A stretch of 64,000 nucleotides of DNA from a virus: the IMG/VR virus record IMGVR_UViG_3300014204_007611. The stretch is one strand, 5' to 3'. A model generated the notes under the pieces. It was given only the letters and a program-made list of their open reading frames with translations, had not been told where the DNA came from and did not search any database. Each line of letters opens with the position of its first letter. Position 1 is the first letter of the stretch. Below are positions 56,574-64,000 of the stretch, piece by piece. A program made the translations under genes and the position numbers.

Positions 56574-56737
56574 GAGTATTTCAACAGAAATACTGGCCTC
56601 CATTTTTGCCCTTTTGTGCGATAGCAGAACGCACCGAGCCGGGTAAGAGATGGATTGTCAACGCCGAAGGCAAGACACCTGAAGAAGCCGAGAATAATCT
56701 ACGTGCTCGCTTGAGGGATATTGATTGCCGCAAGTAG
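56552..56737 (+). CDS. Hypothetical small protein
   Basis: 61-aa ORF. Confidence 0.3.
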   Translation: MEHHWKIRVFQQKYWPPFLPFCAIAERTEPGKRWIVNAEGKTPEEAENNLRARLRDIDCRK

Positions 56738-56789
56738 CTGTGTTTCAATGAAACTTTAGTCAGTAACCATTTATTTCGGAGGGTTTACC

Positions 56790-57029
56790 ATGTTAATGAA
56801 ATTGCTGCCAAAAGTGACTGACGAACTCGACGACGACATCGATATCGACGACGATGAGTGTGAAGACGAAGATGACGACTACGATGATGACGACGAGTGC
56901 GACGACGACGAGTGCGACGACGAAGACGAAGATGACGAAGATTGGGACGACGACGATGAAGACGACTGGGATGAAGATGACGATGACGACTGGATGGATG
57001 ACGACGACCTCGATGAGGAGGATGAGTAA
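56790..57029 (+). CDS. Extremely acidic Asp/Glu-rich protein, a candidate DNA mimic
   Basis: 79 aa, more than 70% D/E, with Cys and Trp interspersed (DDDECDDDECDDEDEDDEDWDDDDEDDWDEDDDDDW). Confidence 0.5.
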   Translation: MLMKLLPKVTDELDDDIDIDDDECEDEDDDYDDDDECDDDECDDEDEDDEDWDDDDEDDWDEDDDDDWMDDDDLDEEDE

Positions 57030-57038
57030 GTCAACACG

Positions 57039-57305
57039 ATGACTTATCATCAATGCGAATTAGAACATCGTAGCGACGGTCGCAGAGAGGTCGCGTGGAT
57101 TCCGTCTAAGTTCGCCGAAGTTGGTCTCGTCATTCGTCTTAAAAAGGCAGACGGCAGTTGGGATGATGGGTGGCTCGTTAGAGCCACCCATTCAGAGAAA
57201 ACAGTTTCTGAGGTTGGCGAAATGTATAACCTCGTAAAACGTCATCGCAGATTCTCCGATCTACCGCAAGGAACGTTCAAGATCGAACCAGGAGCCCAAA
57301 AATGA
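57039..57305 (+). CDS. Hypothetical protein
   Basis: 88-aa ORF. Confidence 0.35.
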   Translation: MTYHQCELEHRSDGRREVAWIPSKFAEVGLVIRLKKADGSWDDGWLVRATHSEKTVSEVGEMYNLVKRHRRFSDLPQGTFKIEPGAQK

Positions 57306-57550
57306 AGCGATGGCAAGAAGAACGCCACATAATGCAACGCCAAGCGAAAGTCTGGGTTGCATCTCTCCATAGAACTGACGAGTTCAGTGGAGAGTTTCTT
57401 AAACCGCTTGGTAAATTTCGAAAGAGGCGACCGTGTGCATGTGGGCACACGAAATGTCGTATGTGCCATCCTGATAAGGTCGATGGACGTAAACCTTATA
57501 AGGTGGTCGTCAATGATATTAGTGTGAAAGAGCAGATCGCCGAATTATGA
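57302..57550 (+). CDS. Hypothetical protein
   Basis: ATGA overlap with the upstream ORF. Confidence 0.35.
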   Translation: MKRWQEERHIMQRQAKVWVASLHRTDEFSGEFLKPLGKFRKRRPCACGHTKCRMCHPDKVDGRKPYKVVVNDISVKEQIAEL

Positions 57551-57669
57551 GAAAATTGTGGCGTATCTGGGCAAAAGCACTGGGCGAGAAGGCTGGTACG
57601 ACCGACTTTGAAGCTGACGTAATCGCGGCGGTTAGAACAACAATCGTGATGCTCTACATTATCACGAAT

Positions 57670-57918
57670 CTATGCATAGTGGCTGGCATTCTTCGGCACT
57701 GGAATGACTGTCCCTGACCCTTTAGACGGTGACGGTCTCAACCTATCCATTTCCGCTTTATCTGGCCATCCCGGTGGTTTTGAGAACCCATCACCACCAC
57801 AATCTGGACAGGTGATCGTCCGCCAGAAAGCCCACCATGGAGCATTTGGGTCTCTTACACGCCCGGCTCCAGGTTTATGAAATGTATAGCCGCAAGTTCT
57901 ACAGTAATTGTATCCCAT
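57670..57918 (-). CDS. Small zinc-finger protein
   Basis: CRTCGY...CPDCGGDG. Confidence 0.4.
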   Translation of the reverse strand: MGYNYCRTCGYTFHKPGAGRVRDPNAPWWAFWRTITCPDCGGDGFSKPPGWPDKAEMDRLRPSPSKGSGTVIPVPKNASHYA

Positions 57919-57938
57919 GGAGCTTCAAATACTGAAGC

Positions 57939-58682
57939 TTATCGTCTGCTGGCGAGATATTCTGAAATCTGCTTCGCCAATTGCTTTTGATAAGTCTCGG
58001 CTGTGAATGCACCCTTTGGAGTGCTCTGCCGAACTGAGCGATTCAGCGGTTTCAGCTTACCTTCACAAATGTGGAGAATTGCACCGGTAACAGACGGTTC
58101 AGCGACTGCATCCCAAGTAACAAAACGATAGCCCTCGGTGACATAGTATGTCTCTTGACCACCTTGATCGCGAACGTCCATGTCGCCAATGCCGCGTGAA
58201 GAAATCCCAATGCGACCACGCTTGAGAAGCGTCTTCAACTGCTGGCCGTATGGGAGTTCGTCGATAATCTCGGCTTCACCATAAACGTTCTTGCCTTCCA
58301 TCCATATCTTGGTCAGAAGGTGAGAAATTCGTTCAAGGTGTATCTTGGCATCGGCTGGATGATCAAATTCACCCCAAACAGATCGGTTGGCCAAGTCTTC
58401 TTGAATCGCTTCGACAGCTTCCCTTACTACTGGTCGCGGATAGATGCGGCCATTAGCATTCAAGTCGTCTGCGACCTGGAAAATGCCGGTAACACGGGTG
58501 ATCGGTGCGCCACCAAGGACGCCTTCACCAATTACTTGTTTGGTGTCGAGAACCTTCAGCGGCCAGACATCCTGGAGCAATTGGGTGCCCTCAGGAAGAA
58601 ATCCGGTTTGTGCTGTAAGACCACGGTTAAAACTGACTTTCGGATTATACCGACCGGATTGCTGCGTTCTTGTCATCAACAT
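57939..58682 (-). CDS. Prohead core protease (T4 gp21/peptidase U9-like)
   Basis: RIYPRPVVREAV, WGEFDHPADAKIHL, RGRIGISSRGIGD and EGYRFVTWDAV are colinear with recalled T4 gp21 blocks (RLYPKRVLEKAV, LGELNHPPRANVD, GVSSRGLGS, EGYRIVNEGFKLTVGVDAV). Confidence 0.55.
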   Translation of the reverse strand: MLMTRTQQSGRYNPKVSFNRGLTAQTGFLPEGTQLLQDVWPLKVLDTKQVIGEGVLGGAPITRVTGIFQVADDLNANGRIYPRPVVREAVEAIQEDLANRSVWGEFDHPADAKIHLERISHLLTKIWMEGKNVYGEAEIIDELPYGQQLKTLLKRGRIGISSRGIGDMDVRDQGGQETYYVTEGYRFVTWDAVAEPSVTGAILHICEGKLKPLNRSVRQSTPKGAFTAETYQKQLAKQISEYLASRR

Positions 58683-58823
58683 ATAGATACTCCCTGTTAC
58701 AACCTATCTTTGCTGGGAATATCTACGCAAACGGGCGGTCCTGACAACAAGACCGCCCGTTCGGAGGTTTCGGAAGAACCTGACAACTACTCTCGCAATT
58801 ATTCGCAGTCTCTTTGGTTTTTG

Positions 58824-60110
58824 CTACTGAGGAGCCGGGGTGGGTGCTGGCATCTTTGTAGCTTTAGGAGTCATATCGAGTGATAAATCTCTGGCAGCCT
58901 TAGCTGTGAGCAGGCTAATCAGGTCGATTGCGCCACCACCAGCTTGGCCATTATTACCACCCATTACGACTGATGGCACCCAAGCACCCTGATGCTGGGC
59001 AATGGCATCAGCAAAGTACTTGTTGACTGTGGTGTAAGCTTCGAGCTTCTTTTCCAATGCACCGTCAGCTTCCATCACAAGCTTGCGACGGGCGGCTTCA
59101 CCTTCACCACGGAGAGTTTCAGCAAGCTTGAATTGGGCGGCAGCTTTCGCGTCCAATTCGGCAACAGCGAGCTTTTGTGCCCCTAAAGTTTCGGCGACTT
59201 TCTTCTCTTGTTCCGCCTTTGTCACTTCCTTGGCCATAATGGTTTTCTGTTCCCATTCAGCCTTGGCGGCGTCAGCTTCACCTTGCTTAACCGTAGTTAA
59301 AGCTCTCTGCTCAGCTTCCTTAGAATTAGCCATGGCAATCTGGACTTGCATCGTGGCCTTCTGTTGTTGACTGATCTGCTCTTCAACTTGTGGGTCGTAC
59401 TTGACTTCGTTAATCGAGAGATTGAAAGCTTTCACACCGAATTCAGACAGAGGAGATGTTTCGGCACGTTTTGGCTTGCCGTCTTTATCAACCACGAGAG
59501 AAACCAGCGCGACTGTCTTTTCAGCACCGGTAATCGGGTCTTTGGTTTTCTCTTGGGTAGTCTTTGTCAGACAGATGCCATTCTGAATCTGATCTTCGAT
59601 CAAATAGAGAAGCTCGTTACGTCTTGAGGCGTAAGACTCTTGGCTACTCATGAGCGGACCGCTCATGTAAATCGACTTCTCGATAATAGTTCTGACTAGC
59701 TGCTGCTCAAGAGCGAGCTGGCTACCAAACTTCGTATGAATATCAGTCAACTTGTCGTCGGCGAGCGGGATTTCCCAAGAAATCCCGCCGGATATTGTTG
59801 CGTGCCCACCGTCATTAAATCGAATCTTAATTGATTCATCAGCGGTCTTGCCTTGATCGGTTTTTGCACTGAACCAAAGTTGGCTACGTTTTTGGTACTT
59901 CGTGACCTTACCAAATCCTTGCCATTTCACACCTGGCTGAGTATACCACGCCAGATTTCCGCTAACCGGGCTTTGGATCACCATAACCGACCCAGCATCG
60001 AGGTTCTCAAACAAACTACCAATCGATGTCAGCATCGCTACTAACACGATACCAGCTAACACTAACGCAACAATTTGTTTGTTAGTCATCACTCTCGTCC
60101 TCACTTTCAA
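58824..60110 (-). CDS. SPFH/band-7 (prohibitin/HflK-like) membrane protein with a C-terminal coiled coil
   Basis: N-terminal TM helix, SPFH core, and Ala/Glu/Lys-rich coiled coil (AEQRALTTVKQGEADAAKAEWEQK...). Confidence 0.55.
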   Translation of the reverse strand: MKVRTRVMTNKQIVALVLAGIVLVAMLTSIGSLFENLDAGSVMVIQSPVSGNLAWYTQPGVKWQGFGKVTKYQKRSQLWFSAKTDQGKTADESIKIRFNDGGHATISGGISWEIPLADDKLTDIHTKFGSQLALEQQLVRTIIEKSIYMSGPLMSSQESYASRRNELLYLIEDQIQNGICLTKTTQEKTKDPITGAEKTVALVSLVVDKDGKPKRAETSPLSEFGVKAFNLSINEVKYDPQVEEQISQQQKATMQVQIAMANSKEAEQRALTTVKQGEADAAKAEWEQKTIMAKEVTKAEQEKKVAETLGAQKLAVAELDAKAAAQFKLAETLRGEGEAARRKLVMEADGALEKKLEAYTTVNKYFADAIAQHQGAWVPSVVMGGNNGQAGGGAIDLISLLTAKAARDLSLDMTPKATKMPAPTPAPQ

Positions 60111-60330
60111 TTTTTTGAACGGTTTTCTTCAGCTTCTTGAGTTTACGCTTGGTCGTCGCCATGCCGACTTCTTCTTTGGCTTCGGCAACCTCTTCATTGA
60201 GCCTATTCAGCTTCTTTCGAAATATCGGGAATAGTTTCTCTCCTTTCCATAGAGGGATAAATATTTGAGTTGCGAACACCAACAATATCAGAGCAGATAT
60301 AAGCAGCTCTGCTATCTCAAGGAAGACCAT
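60082..60330 (-). CDS. Small membrane protein
   Basis: 82 aa with an N-terminal TM helix. Confidence 0.3.
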   Translation of the reverse strand: MVFLEIAELLISALILLVFATQIFIPLWKGEKLFPIFRKKLNRLNEEVAEAKEEVGMATTKRKLKKLKKTVQKIESEDESDD

Positions 60331-60608
60331 AGTAATTCTCCATCATCTTGTTTTTGTTTCTGTGGCAGACTAGTTATAAATACTACGTCTTCTTTAGCTT
60401 GCATTTCTGCTAAGGCTTTGGCCTTTTTAACATCAGAAGCGGCAGTATTATAACTCTCCGGCCATTCATTGACGATTTTGACAGTACATCGCTTAGTGTT
60501 ATCCGTTAAAGCAGCACATATCTTCCTGGCTTGCTCGTCGAGTTCATACCCGCTTAGATAGCAGGTCATTATTTCGTCTATGCCGGTGAGGAGCAGAATA
60601 TTTGACAT
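60312..60608 (-). CDS. Hypothetical protein
   Basis: 98-aa ORF. Confidence 0.3.
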   Translation of the reverse strand: MSNILLLTGIDEIMTCYLSGYELDEQARKICAALTDNTKRCTVKIVNEWPESYNTAASDVKKAKALAEMQAKEDVVFITSLPQKQKQDDGELLWSSLR

Positions 60609-60656
60609 AAATTATATGATTCAAATACATGCTATGCGGGTATTTGATAGGAAACC

Positions 60657-60854
60657 ATGAGCAACACTACCAATACTTGGACGCCAGAATTCGAGAAAAT
60701 GTGGCGATGTAGGCTAATCGAGATAGATAATGAGAAGCAGCCTTTTAGAGAATTTATCTGCCTAATTGTAGAAACAGAGATCCTAGAAGCATTTAAAATG
60801 GCTCTTGCCGAGATTGATAGGCTACGACAAGATATTCCACTTACCGGTAAATAA
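60657..60854 (+). CDS. Hypothetical small protein
   Basis: 65-aa ORF upstream of the radical SAM gene. Confidence 0.3.
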   Translation: MSNTTNTWTPEFEKMWRCRLIEIDNEKQPFREFICLIVETEILEAFKMALAEIDRLRQDIPLTGK

Positions 60855-60856
60855 TC

Positions 60857-61090
60857 TTATGTCTTCGTTGTGGTCGTTGTCGTTGATGTCGGAGTGAATC
60901 GAGCAATCAAATCCTTGATAAATGTTACAAGGATAGGTATAATCGACACAACCCAGGCGGCTGACAGACCAAAAGCCTTGAGTGCATTCCTAATTGGTTG
61001 ATTCGGATTCGACGCTTTCGATGTCGCATAAAAAGGGCACGCGGAAGAAATCCACCCGCCAACATACATCGCAATTAGAATCTTCAACAT
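60857..61090 (-). CDS. Small membrane protein
   Basis: 77 aa with two hydrophobic segments. Confidence 0.3.
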   Translation of the reverse strand: MLKILIAMYVGGWISSACPFYATSKASNPNQPIRNALKAFGLSAAWVVSIIPILVTFIKDLIARFTPTSTTTTTTKT

Positions 61091-61132
61091 GATGGTGTCT
61101 CCTTTTCCTTTTTATTTTTCATCGGCGAAAGT

Positions 61133-61957
61133 ATGTATGCTGGTAATATTATGGCTAAATTTCCACCAGTTGTACGAATCGAAACCACTAACGCGTGCAA
61201 TGCTCATTGCACCATGTGCCCGCATAATAGTATGCAACGCCCCATACATATTATGCCAAACGATCTATTCGAGAAGATAATCGACGAATGCTCTCGAAAT
61301 AAATTATCAGAGATACATCTGCATAACTTTGGCGAGCCTCTGCTTGATGCCAATTTAGAAGACAGGATCAGATTGGTAAAACAAAAGTGCCGAGTTTATA
61401 CGAAAATTTTCACCAACGGGTCCCTGCTCACTTCAGATAGAGCACAAAGGCTATTAGATAGCGGAATAGACGAAATCAAGATAAGCGTAGATGGTTCGAC
61501 ACCAGAACAGTTTGAAGCAACAAGACGGCCTCTTAAATGGTTAGAGGTTGAAGAGAATATCAAAGGTCTAATAAAAACACGCGATTCTTTAAAATCGAGA
61601 ACACGCATTTACGTAACATGCTGCACTAACCACAGCGCCACCTCACTTATACATTTCCCTGTTGAATTTGCACTTGGGCCAAAACACAACTGGGGTGGGC
61701 AGCATGGAAATAAAACTGACGGTAAATTCATAAAATGCAATCGCCTATGGCGAACATTTACGATATTAGTAGATGGTAGAGTCGCCCAGTGTCATGCGGA
61801 CGTCCACGGCGAGCATTGCCTTGGTAACGTTTATCAGCAGACAATCGAAGAGGTCTGGAATAGCATAGAATACAATGCCGTCAGAAACTGCCATATTAAA
61901 TCGCAGCAATCGAAGCTTGGGTTGTGTGCTAGCTGCTCGCAGTGTAGAAAGCATTAG
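61133..61957 (+). CDS. Radical SAM enzyme with a SPASM/twitch-like C-terminal Cys cluster
   Basis: ETTNACNAHCTMCP is the CX3CX2C motif; the C-terminal CNRLW...CHADVHGEHCLGN...CASCSQC cluster is SPASM-like. Confidence 0.55.
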   Translation: MYAGNIMAKFPPVVRIETTNACNAHCTMCPHNSMQRPIHIMPNDLFEKIIDECSRNKLSEIHLHNFGEPLLDANLEDRIRLVKQKCRVYTKIFTNGSLLTSDRAQRLLDSGIDEIKISVDGSTPEQFEATRRPLKWLEVEENIKGLIKTRDSLKSRTRIYVTCCTNHSATSLIHFPVEFALGPKHNWGGQHGNKTDGKFIKCNRLWRTFTILVDGRVAQCHADVHGEHCLGNVYQQTIEEVWNSIEYNAVRNCHIKSQQSKLGLCASCSQCRKH

Positions 61958-62856
61958 AGATATTTAGTCATAACAACCGATCGACCATCCCAATTCTGAT
62001 TAAGACCTTCGAATCCGAACTTACTATCTAATATACGTGCTAATCGCGAGTTAATAACAAACGCTGTGACAACCTGGCAATCTGACTCTGCAGCAAATCG
62101 TATTACACTCTCTATCAACCGCAAACCAACACGTTGATATCCTTGCCATTGCGGGTCGACAGCAACATCAAAATCTAGTGTCTGGTAAAATTCACCATCA
62201 TACTCATCCTCATAGGTCGCGGTAAAGACGCCACCAATAACCGTATCTCCGACACGCGCAATAAGATGCACGTCTTTGTTTCGATTCGGCCTTATGCCAG
62301 TCTTCTTTGCTATTTGAAAAACATCTTCTGCCGCTTCCCAGTCTTCTTCTGGGTCTATATAACCGATTTGTAATTCATCGTTGGCAGTAATCTTCCTGCC
62401 AGCAACCGCCTCTATTCGCAATCTATCTGCAGAGAGTCTGAAATTGTCCTGCTTAAATTCCGGATGCTTCTCTCTCATTCCGCTCTGTCGATCAGCAGCA
62501 AAATGTTTAATGCTATTATGCCGTTTGGCGATTTGAGCAAGTAATTGTCTCAAATTGGCATAACCTGGTATTCGTTCTTCATTGTTATGCCTGTTCGGGC
62601 CTTTTCCAATCCAATCAATCCAAGCGATGCCAGACCTATCGTTGATAATCAGTTCGACCTTGACCGTGAGCCCGATCTTAAAGCCGCGTTCATTGGTCGA
62701 TTCTAAAAAAGCGAGATAAGTAACGAATTCGATCCTGTCGCCCTTCTTGGCCCCAATTTCGCTATTTAGATATGTATTATTGGGCGATATCTCCTCATAC
62801 GAGTCGATAACGTCAAGGTCCCAGTTAGCAGATTCAGAGAGTAATTGGAGACGCAT
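61954..62856 (-). CDS. Hypothetical protein with a C-terminal GNAT-like acetyltransferase region
   Basis: QGYQRVGLRLIESVIRF resembles GNAT motif A; this is a weak assignment. Confidence 0.35.
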   Translation of the reverse strand: MRLQLLSESANWDLDVIDSYEEISPNNTYLNSEIGAKKGDRIEFVTYLAFLESTNERGFKIGLTVKVELIINDRSGIAWIDWIGKGPNRHNNEERIPGYANLRQLLAQIAKRHNSIKHFAADRQSGMREKHPEFKQDNFRLSADRLRIEAVAGRKITANDELQIGYIDPEEDWEAAEDVFQIAKKTGIRPNRNKDVHLIARVGDTVIGGVFTATYEDEYDGEFYQTLDFDVAVDPQWQGYQRVGLRLIESVIRFAAESDCQVVTAFVINSRLARILDSKFGFEGLNQNWDGRSVVMTKYL

Positions 62857-62859
62857 GCA

Positions 62860-63129
62860 CTATATTTGAGGAGTGTGCATTTCTTCCCAGAGTTTTATAA
62901 TAACGTCACCATGGCACGGCTTGGGATAGCACCAGCAACCGAGAACGGTGTCCTCTGGAAGGTCTCTGATGAGTTCTAGAAGGCTAGGGTTGTTCCTAGC
63001 GTACGCCTCATATTTCTCAATAACTTCTTCTCTGGTCCCGTCAGCGCCGATAGCGAAAGGATTACCAAAGGATGACGGCCTGCCGATGTACTCTGTATAG
63101 CTCGTCTTCTTACAATGGACTACTCGCAT
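62860..63129 (-). CDS. Hypothetical protein
   Basis: 89-aa ORF. Confidence 0.3.
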   Translation of the reverse strand: MRVVHCKKTSYTEYIGRPSSFGNPFAIGADGTREEVIEKYEAYARNNPSLLELIRDLPEDTVLGCWCYPKPCHGDVIIKLWEEMHTPQI

Positions 63130-63557
63130 AATGCCGGTTTCAGCAACTCTTCTAATTCTTTTCCTCGCACAAAAACCGACTCAGCCCAACTACACCCGCG
63201 TGTGCTTTGTCGTCTGGCTGATATTTTTGGTAGGTCTTTATCTTGTAGCCTTTTATATAACCAATATAGACCTTTCATACCATCAATAGTATAGATGTTT
63301 CGACCAACATATGTCACACTAGTGCGATAAGCGACCGGCAGAGTAGCCACTCGCTCTCTATCAGTCTTTCTTTTTTCGGCAGCTATACCTCTCAATTTTT
63401 CAATTTCCCTTGCTGCATCAAACATCAGCCCATACAATACGCACGATTCGCAAACATATCCAACAGATAGATCACACTTGCATTCGCATCCGGATTGAAA
63501 ATGCCGTGCGAACGACCGTAAATCTTCAGGAAGCTCCTCTGTTTTGCTACCGATCAT
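63120..63557 (-). CDS. Hypothetical protein
   Basis: 145-aa ORF. Confidence 0.3.
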   Translation of the reverse strand: MIGSKTEELPEDLRSFARHFQSGCECKCDLSVGYVCESCVLYGLMFDAAREIEKLRGIAAEKRKTDRERVATLPVAYRTSVTYVGRNIYTIDGMKGLYWLYKRLQDKDLPKISARRQSTRGCSWAESVFVRGKELEELLKPALCE

Positions 63558-63969
63558 GAGGCGGAACGAATGGTTTGAGCTGTCCTACTGCTATTCTTGA
63601 CATAGCAAATCCGTTTGCCAACGCTTTCAAAACTTCTTCGGCATCGCCGTCAGTCAATGTCCAATTCTTCAAAGACAATTCAGAACGAGACGGTTCAACT
63701 GATTCCGGATCAAGCGCTATTGGGTTTTTAGCTCTGCATCCAGGGCACACTATACGTGCCGGTTTCTTTGTAATACCATCAGCTTCAACGATACCACCTT
63801 CAAGCAGAAGCTGATCACATCCGTCACATTTAGGGCATGCTCTCTCGGCAAAACCAAGAAGCATTTCAAATGCGACAACTGTTTCATCGATGAATCGTGA
63901 TTCTTCGGTAGGTGCCCAATGCTGGCCCTCTTCGTGCCCCCATCGACAATCACAAGCTGGTTCAAGCAT
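63547..63969 (-). CDS. Hypothetical Cys-rich protein
   Basis: 140-aa ORF with CPKCDGCD and CPGC pairs. Confidence 0.3.
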   Translation of the reverse strand: MLEPACDCRWGHEEGQHWAPTEESRFIDETVVAFEMLLGFAERACPKCDGCDQLLLEGGIVEADGITKKPARIVCPGCRAKNPIALDPESVEPSRSELSLKNWTLTDGDAEEVLKALANGFAMSRIAVGQLKPFVPPHDR

Positions 63970-64000
63970 ACCGCATTGTGTGCACGTATGCTTTGCATCA

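Noticed and set aside
57939-60330. Complete T4-like head morphogenesis module around the gp21-like protease
   Set aside because: The neighbours are an SPFH protein and small membrane or zinc proteins. No portal, scaffold or major capsid homolog is recognisable nearby, so only the protease call is made.

Overview
This 64 kb window looks like part of a large tailed bacteriophage genome. It is densely packed with mostly short genes, many joined by 4-nt ATGA overlaps and preceded by Shine-Dalgarno sites. I could not recognise any host chromosomal genes.

Recognisable phage core functions:
- a T4 gp55-like late sigma factor
- a T4 gp21/U9-like prohead protease, which sits beside an SPFH/band-7 protein
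- an Mre11/SbcD-like nuclease and a separate Rad50/SbcC-like ATPase
- a Rad3/XPD/DinG-like Fe-S helicase
- a DHH/DHHA1 phosphoesterase
- the N-terminal PHP domain of a DnaE-like polymerase, cut by the window edge
- an actin-like ATPase
- dUTPase

The dominant accessory content is an unusually large set of glycan-tailoring genes, spread over several islands. It includes GT2, GT4, GT11 fucosyltransferase-like and GT25 enzymes, three DUF115/Maf-like putative nonulosonic-acid transferases (one fused to a GT2 domain), a sulfotransferase, three radical-SAM enzymes (two with SPASM-like C-termini) and at least six SAM methyltransferases. These genes surround two tandem paralogous ~860-aa collagen-like, fibre-like proteins. 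The two paralogs carry different mucin-like linkers, Pro/Thr-rich in one and Ser/Pro-rich in the other, and I read this as a phage-encoded virion glycosylation system acting on its own fibres.

Other accessory genes:
- a CsrA homolog
- two DksA/TraR-type zinc fingers
- two secreted CAP/YkwD-like domain proteins
- a KamA-family lysine 2,3-aminomutase
- a PurA-family adenylosuccinate-synthetase-like enzyme, which could be a PurZ-type enzyme
- a nucleoside 2-deoxyribosyltransferase-like protein
- highly acidic D/E-rich proteins

Non-coding features:
- a tRNA-derived locus whose 3' module lies upstream of its 5' module, in permuted or remnant order
- two clear rho-independent terminators
- several perfect palindromes
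- a ~950 bp structured intergenic region containing strong hairpins and a G-quadruplex motif

I did not verify every ORF by hand; unchecked coordinates are taken from the supplied ORF track and all functional calls rest on motif recognition, not a database search.
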